This document shows positions 60,100 through 64,000 of a stretch of DNA of 64,000 nucleotides, in pieces. The notes beneath the pieces were generated by a model. The model worked only from the letters and a program-made list of their open reading frames with translations, made no database searches and was not told the origin of the DNA. This DNA is from Sphaerodactylus townsendi (Eukaryota): the NCBI RefSeq assembly GCF_021028975.2, contig NC_059438.1:25110001-25174000 (forward strand), in the 5' to 3' direction. Positions within the stretch are counted from its first letter, which is position 1, and the number at the start of each line of letters is the position of its first letter. Position numbers and translations under genes: made by a program.

Positions 60100-62720
60100 T
60101 CAGATCCTGCAGCCGCGGGGGCGGGGCGGGGATGCTGCGCGGCTCAGGGAGAAGAGAAGAGAAGTCCGAGCTACAAGAGCCGCGCTGGGTCGCCCCCGGC
60201 GGGTCCGTTTCGCCCAGCATCGCTCCGACCGAAGTCCTCGTGCTGGGGAAGGCAGCCCCCCCATCTCTGTATTCTCCCCCCTCTTTCCTTCCAATTGGAG
60301 AAAGGAGGGGCGCGGCCTTTGTCTTCCTCGCAGGGTCGCCACAGCCCCAGACAAAGAAGCCCGCCGGACAGGCCGGAGCACATCGCCCGGCCCCTCCCGC
60401 TGGCGGCTCGCCCCACCCTCCAGCTGAGGAGAGGGGAGGGGAGACTGCCGCCGCCTGGCCGAGCCCCTCCGAGGTGGGGTCCCGCTGTGTGCGAGGGGTC
60501 AGTCGGCAAGTGCCCAGGCCAGGCTCGCGCCTGCGGATGCACCAAACATTTCGACCCAAGGAGCAAAAGTAGGGGGGGGGGGCGACAGCCCGCTGGCCGC
60601 CGTGGAACTGCCCCTCGTGGGTGGGTGGGTGGGTGGGTGGGCTTGGGATCCGGGTGCTCCTTTGTCTGGCAGCCAGCCTGAATGGGCCTGCTCCCCTCCT
60701 GCAGCCACGCCTCAGCCCAGATGCGGGCTGGGAGCGGCAGGGCACAAAGCCCCCCCCCCCCGAGGAGAGCGGGTCGGCCCTGCCCGCTTTCCTGGGGCTG
60801 CCGCCGCCCGCGGGGGCGTCTCCTTCGTGGCCTGGAAATCGCAGCCCCCACCTGGGCTGGGGCGTGGCTGCTGCTCCGGCGGGGGGGCCCCGGAGTCCGC
60901 CAGAGCCCCCTCCCCTCCCGTCCCCTGGGGGCGCTGGCCGCCAGGCCGGCCTCGGTCCGGGGGCACTTTCCGCGGCCCGTCGGAGCCTCCACGCCCGCCC
61001 CGCCTGCGCGGCCCGTCGGGGCTTGCTTTGTGTCCGGCAGGGGCGCGCCGGTTGGCCGGCCGGCCGGCGGGTCTGCCGGTGCTGGTGCTGATGCTGCTGC
61101 AGGGCTGGTGCAGGATTCTGCAGCGGCGCCTCCTGATTGGCGGAGCGGGAGGGGGTGACGTCAGCGGGCCGGCCCGGCCGCAGCGGGAGGCGACCATAAA
61201 ACCCGCTGCAGGCAGTCGCCCGCCCGCCTCCTCCGCCCGCTCCGTGCCGCCAACGCCGCCCACCCGTCCGCCCCGCCGTAGCCACCGTCGCCGCCGCCGC
61301 AGCATGAGGGAGATCGTGCACATCCAGGCGGGCCAGTGCGGCAACCAGATCGGAGCCAAGGTAAGGACGCGGCTGCTCCCGACGGGGCGCACGGCTCAGG
61401 CCGCCGGGTCCCTCGAAGGCGGCAGGCTGCCGTTCCGCGGAGGCGTCCCTCCCCTCGTACATCCCCCCTCTCCACCTGGTGCCAGGGCTGAGCCTGCCCC
61501 CGGCTCGGCATCCCGGCGCGGGTGGGTGGGGGGCGTCTCCCATTGTGCCGGCTCTCCTCGGCTGCCTCCTGCCAAAGCGGGGTGTGTGAGGGGGGCGGAG
61601 GGCTCTTTTTCTCCCCCGCCCGCGCGGGGGTGCCCCACCCAGTGTGCGGCCGCCGGGCGTGGCTGGAACAAAGGGCCCTCCCAGCTGCCGGCGGATCCGC
61701 AGGTGACCTTGCCGGGGAGGCCTTGACCTTGGCCAGCTCCGTCCGGGCAGCGGTGGGGGGGGGGGCTTTTTGGTGCCCCGGGGCCGAAGCCAGCGCTGGT
61801 GGCGGGCCGGGCGGGGCCGTGAGACGCCCCCGACTCCTTTGTCCTGTCCGCCGACTGGGACAGGTGGAGGGGCGGGGCGGGCTTGGAGGGGGAAACCGGC
61901 AGCAGCTTCCGGGCAGGGTCCTCCTGCGACCTTGGGCAAAGCTCCTCTTCTTTCTGGGGGTGGGGGGGGGGACACAACGGCACGGAACGGCCCAGAGCTG
62001 AAGACAAAGAGGGCGAAGGAGGGGGTGGGCTGGCAGGTGCCCCTGGATCAGCTGGGCGGCTGCTGCTGCTGCCGGACGGGGGGCAGTGGGGATCCTGCCC
62101 TGCCCCTCGACAGGGCACCTTTCTGGGCACTTGAGCGAGGAAAGGGCCGCCGCTGCCGGCAAGGGCCAGGGGGCCTAGCGGGAAGGCAGGAAGGGTCTCC
62201 TGAGGGTGCCTGACGGGCCCTCCCCTCCCCTCCCGCCGCCGGGGGGCCTCGTGGGATGGGCTTGAAAGAGATGCTGACACAACCGGCTCAGGGACGGGGG
62301 CTGTGCCGAGGAGGAGGTACAGGGCAAAGGGGCTCCTGGAGCTCGGAGAGACCCGTGGCTCCGCCAGTGAGACCACCTGGACAGCGGGTAAGCCCCTCCC
62401 CCACCCCCGCCCGGCATCTGTGGCCGGCCGGCGTGCGGTGCGGGGCTGCCCCCCTGAGCGCTGGGTCCCCCGAAGACGGAGCACCGTCCGGCTGCAATCC
62501 GAGCAGTCCTTTGGGGCGGGCGGGCGAGCGGGGGGGGAGGGTGAAGGCTGACACCTGCCACTCAGGCGACGAGGCTCCCCAAGAGGCCGCGTAATCAGCC
62601 CGCACCGCCTGCCTTTCTCCCCGCCGGCCCGGGCGTATGGCAGGCCTCCCCGCGGCAGCCCCCGGCCATCTGCCTGGTGTCAGACCACGCCGGGGGGCGC
62701 TGGCGCACCCGACACCTCTG
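60100..62720. promoter_or_regulatory. TUBB3 CpG island; core promoter with inverted CCAAT (61136-61140), full CRE TGACGTCA (61156-61163) and TATA-like cataaaa (61195-61201)
   Basis: Motifs read directly, spaced as a core promoter about 100-170 nt upstream of the ATG. Confidence 0.75.
61304..61360 (+). CDS. TUBB3: Beta-tubulin exon 1 (MREIVHIQAGQCGNQIGAK|gtaagg); remaining exons lie beyond the window
   Basis: Canonical 57-nt beta-tubulin first exon with the MREI autoregulatory motif. Isotype assigned by position immediately 3' of MC1R. Confidence 0.9.
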
Positions 62721-64000
62721 CAGCCAGAGAGAGCACCCCAACCCCCCTCCGGGGGTTTCCTAGGAAAGCAGCGGCTCTACTCCTGAGTAAGGCGCACACA
62801 AGGACGTGGGGAGGGGCACAGGGGTGCTGCTAAATAGCCTCATGCATATGCTAATTAGCTTGAATAATTCATGGCCAGCCCCTGTCATTGACACGTCGGA
62901 TCAAGGCGCGGCGGAGCCTCTTCCAGGCAGCTGGGTCACCCTTCGAGCTCCATTTTTAAAGGGCTTCTTCATTAACGTGACTATTCCTATTCGGACCACA
63001 AAATACCCGGTGGAATCTGGAGCCGAATCCGGGACAGGGACCGAAAAGGCTTTGTTCGAACGGCAGCTCCGGAGTGTTGGTTTGTTCCGCCTCCTGCACC
63101 GATCCGCACTTTGCTGTAGCTCTTCTGCCTAGACAGGAACCGGCTGATCGGGAAGGCAGGGCGCCCTTCTTCTCTCCCGCTGTCCTCCTCGCCAAAGGGG
63201 TCCGCCGCCTGGGCGAGGGTCTTCCCATTTTGTTCAGGTGGCCACCCGGCTATGAAGCTTTAGCTGAAAAAGAGCACCTTGCCTGGGACCTGCGTGCGAG
63301 TTTCAGGACCAAACTGAGAACTTGAACTCAGATCTCCTCACTCCAAGTTCAAACATTTTGCCTGCCAGACTGGACACAAACTCACCACTCTCGGGTTTGG
63401 TCCAGGAATACACCAGACTTAGCCATTTGGGCAGTTCCAAGGGGAACCCCTTCATTTGCATCAATGGCAAAGGACCCTTACCAGAGCGAGGTTTGCTTCA
63501 CCCGGTGCGGGGGGTGGGGAGTTGTAGCCCCCATCTCATTTCCCATCTTGCTTATCTCCCTGTCCTTTTCCATTCACCTTCTGGTGCAGTCTGGTAACGA
63601 AGGGTCTGCTCTCTGCCCACTGAACAGTGCTGGCACTGAAGAGATGCCTCCTCAGACCCCCCACAAGGATTCAACAGGGCCCGCCCCCCCCACCGCCCAA
63701 GAACACGCTTCTGCCCCCCTTCTGCCAACTGCCAATATCCCTGTCAAAAGAAACTTTCACCTGCTTCACCCTGTACCAGGGGCGCAGTTCAGCCTTTGTC
63801 TAAGGAAGCCTTTTTTTTTCAAAGCCCGGTTCTAGAAAGTTCATTCCAAGATGCTGCCCTTCCTGGGGCCCCCAGAGAAATAGACCCCCCTCCCCCATCT
63901 ATGGTATTCTATGATGTTGCTCCTCGCGAGTTTCGCCCACTATCCGGGGCATGCGTTGTTTGCACCTCCAAGGACAGTGTTTGGCTGTCTCTTATTTTCA

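Noticed and set aside
60080-61975. 631-aa minus-strand ORF and other long ORFs over the TUBB3, SPIRE2 and TCF25 CpG islands
   Set aside because: Low-complexity Pro/Arg/Gly/Ala translations expected from stop-poor GC-rich DNA. No recognisable domain.
63958-63982. Possible REST/RE1 site in TUBB3 intron 1 (also ~62370 and ~61075)
   Set aside because: Only half-sites match (ggacag or ggtgctga). The spacing and the other half are wrong.

Overview
Vertebrate genomic DNA, almost certainly a squamate and probably a gecko judging by its repeat families. It covers the conserved FANCA(-)–SPIRE2(+)–TCF25(+)–MC1R(+)–TUBB3(+) block. I traced by eye, with phase-consistent splice junctions, all 15 coding exons of SPIRE2 (750 aa) and all 18 of TCF25 (689 aa), plus the single-exon MC1R CDS (311 aa), exon 1 of a beta-tubulin (TUBB3 by synteny) and a tentative FANCA exon 1. 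Introns are rich in tRNA- and 5S-derived SINEs, CR1/L2/other LINE ends, and young non-autonomous hAT, Harbinger and Tc1/mariner elements with intact TSDs. There is one 632-N assembly gap. I found no CRISPR array or wholly new multi-gene system. The most notable oddities are: (1) MC1R has lost both cysteines of one extracellular pair and has Arg at a dominant-melanism position; (2) MC1R has an apparent 5'UTR intron with a uORF; (3) a SINE insertion duplicated the TCF25 exon-7 splice acceptor, leaving a poison 3' splice site; (4) an inverted U2 snRNA–LINE chimeric retrocopy; (5) several long intronic inverted repeats bracket TCF25 exons; (6) a hairpin MITE family carries ZNF143/THAP11-type motifs; (7) fold-back elements contain a hammerhead-like core. 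Family names and orthology come from recalled sequence similarity, not database searches.
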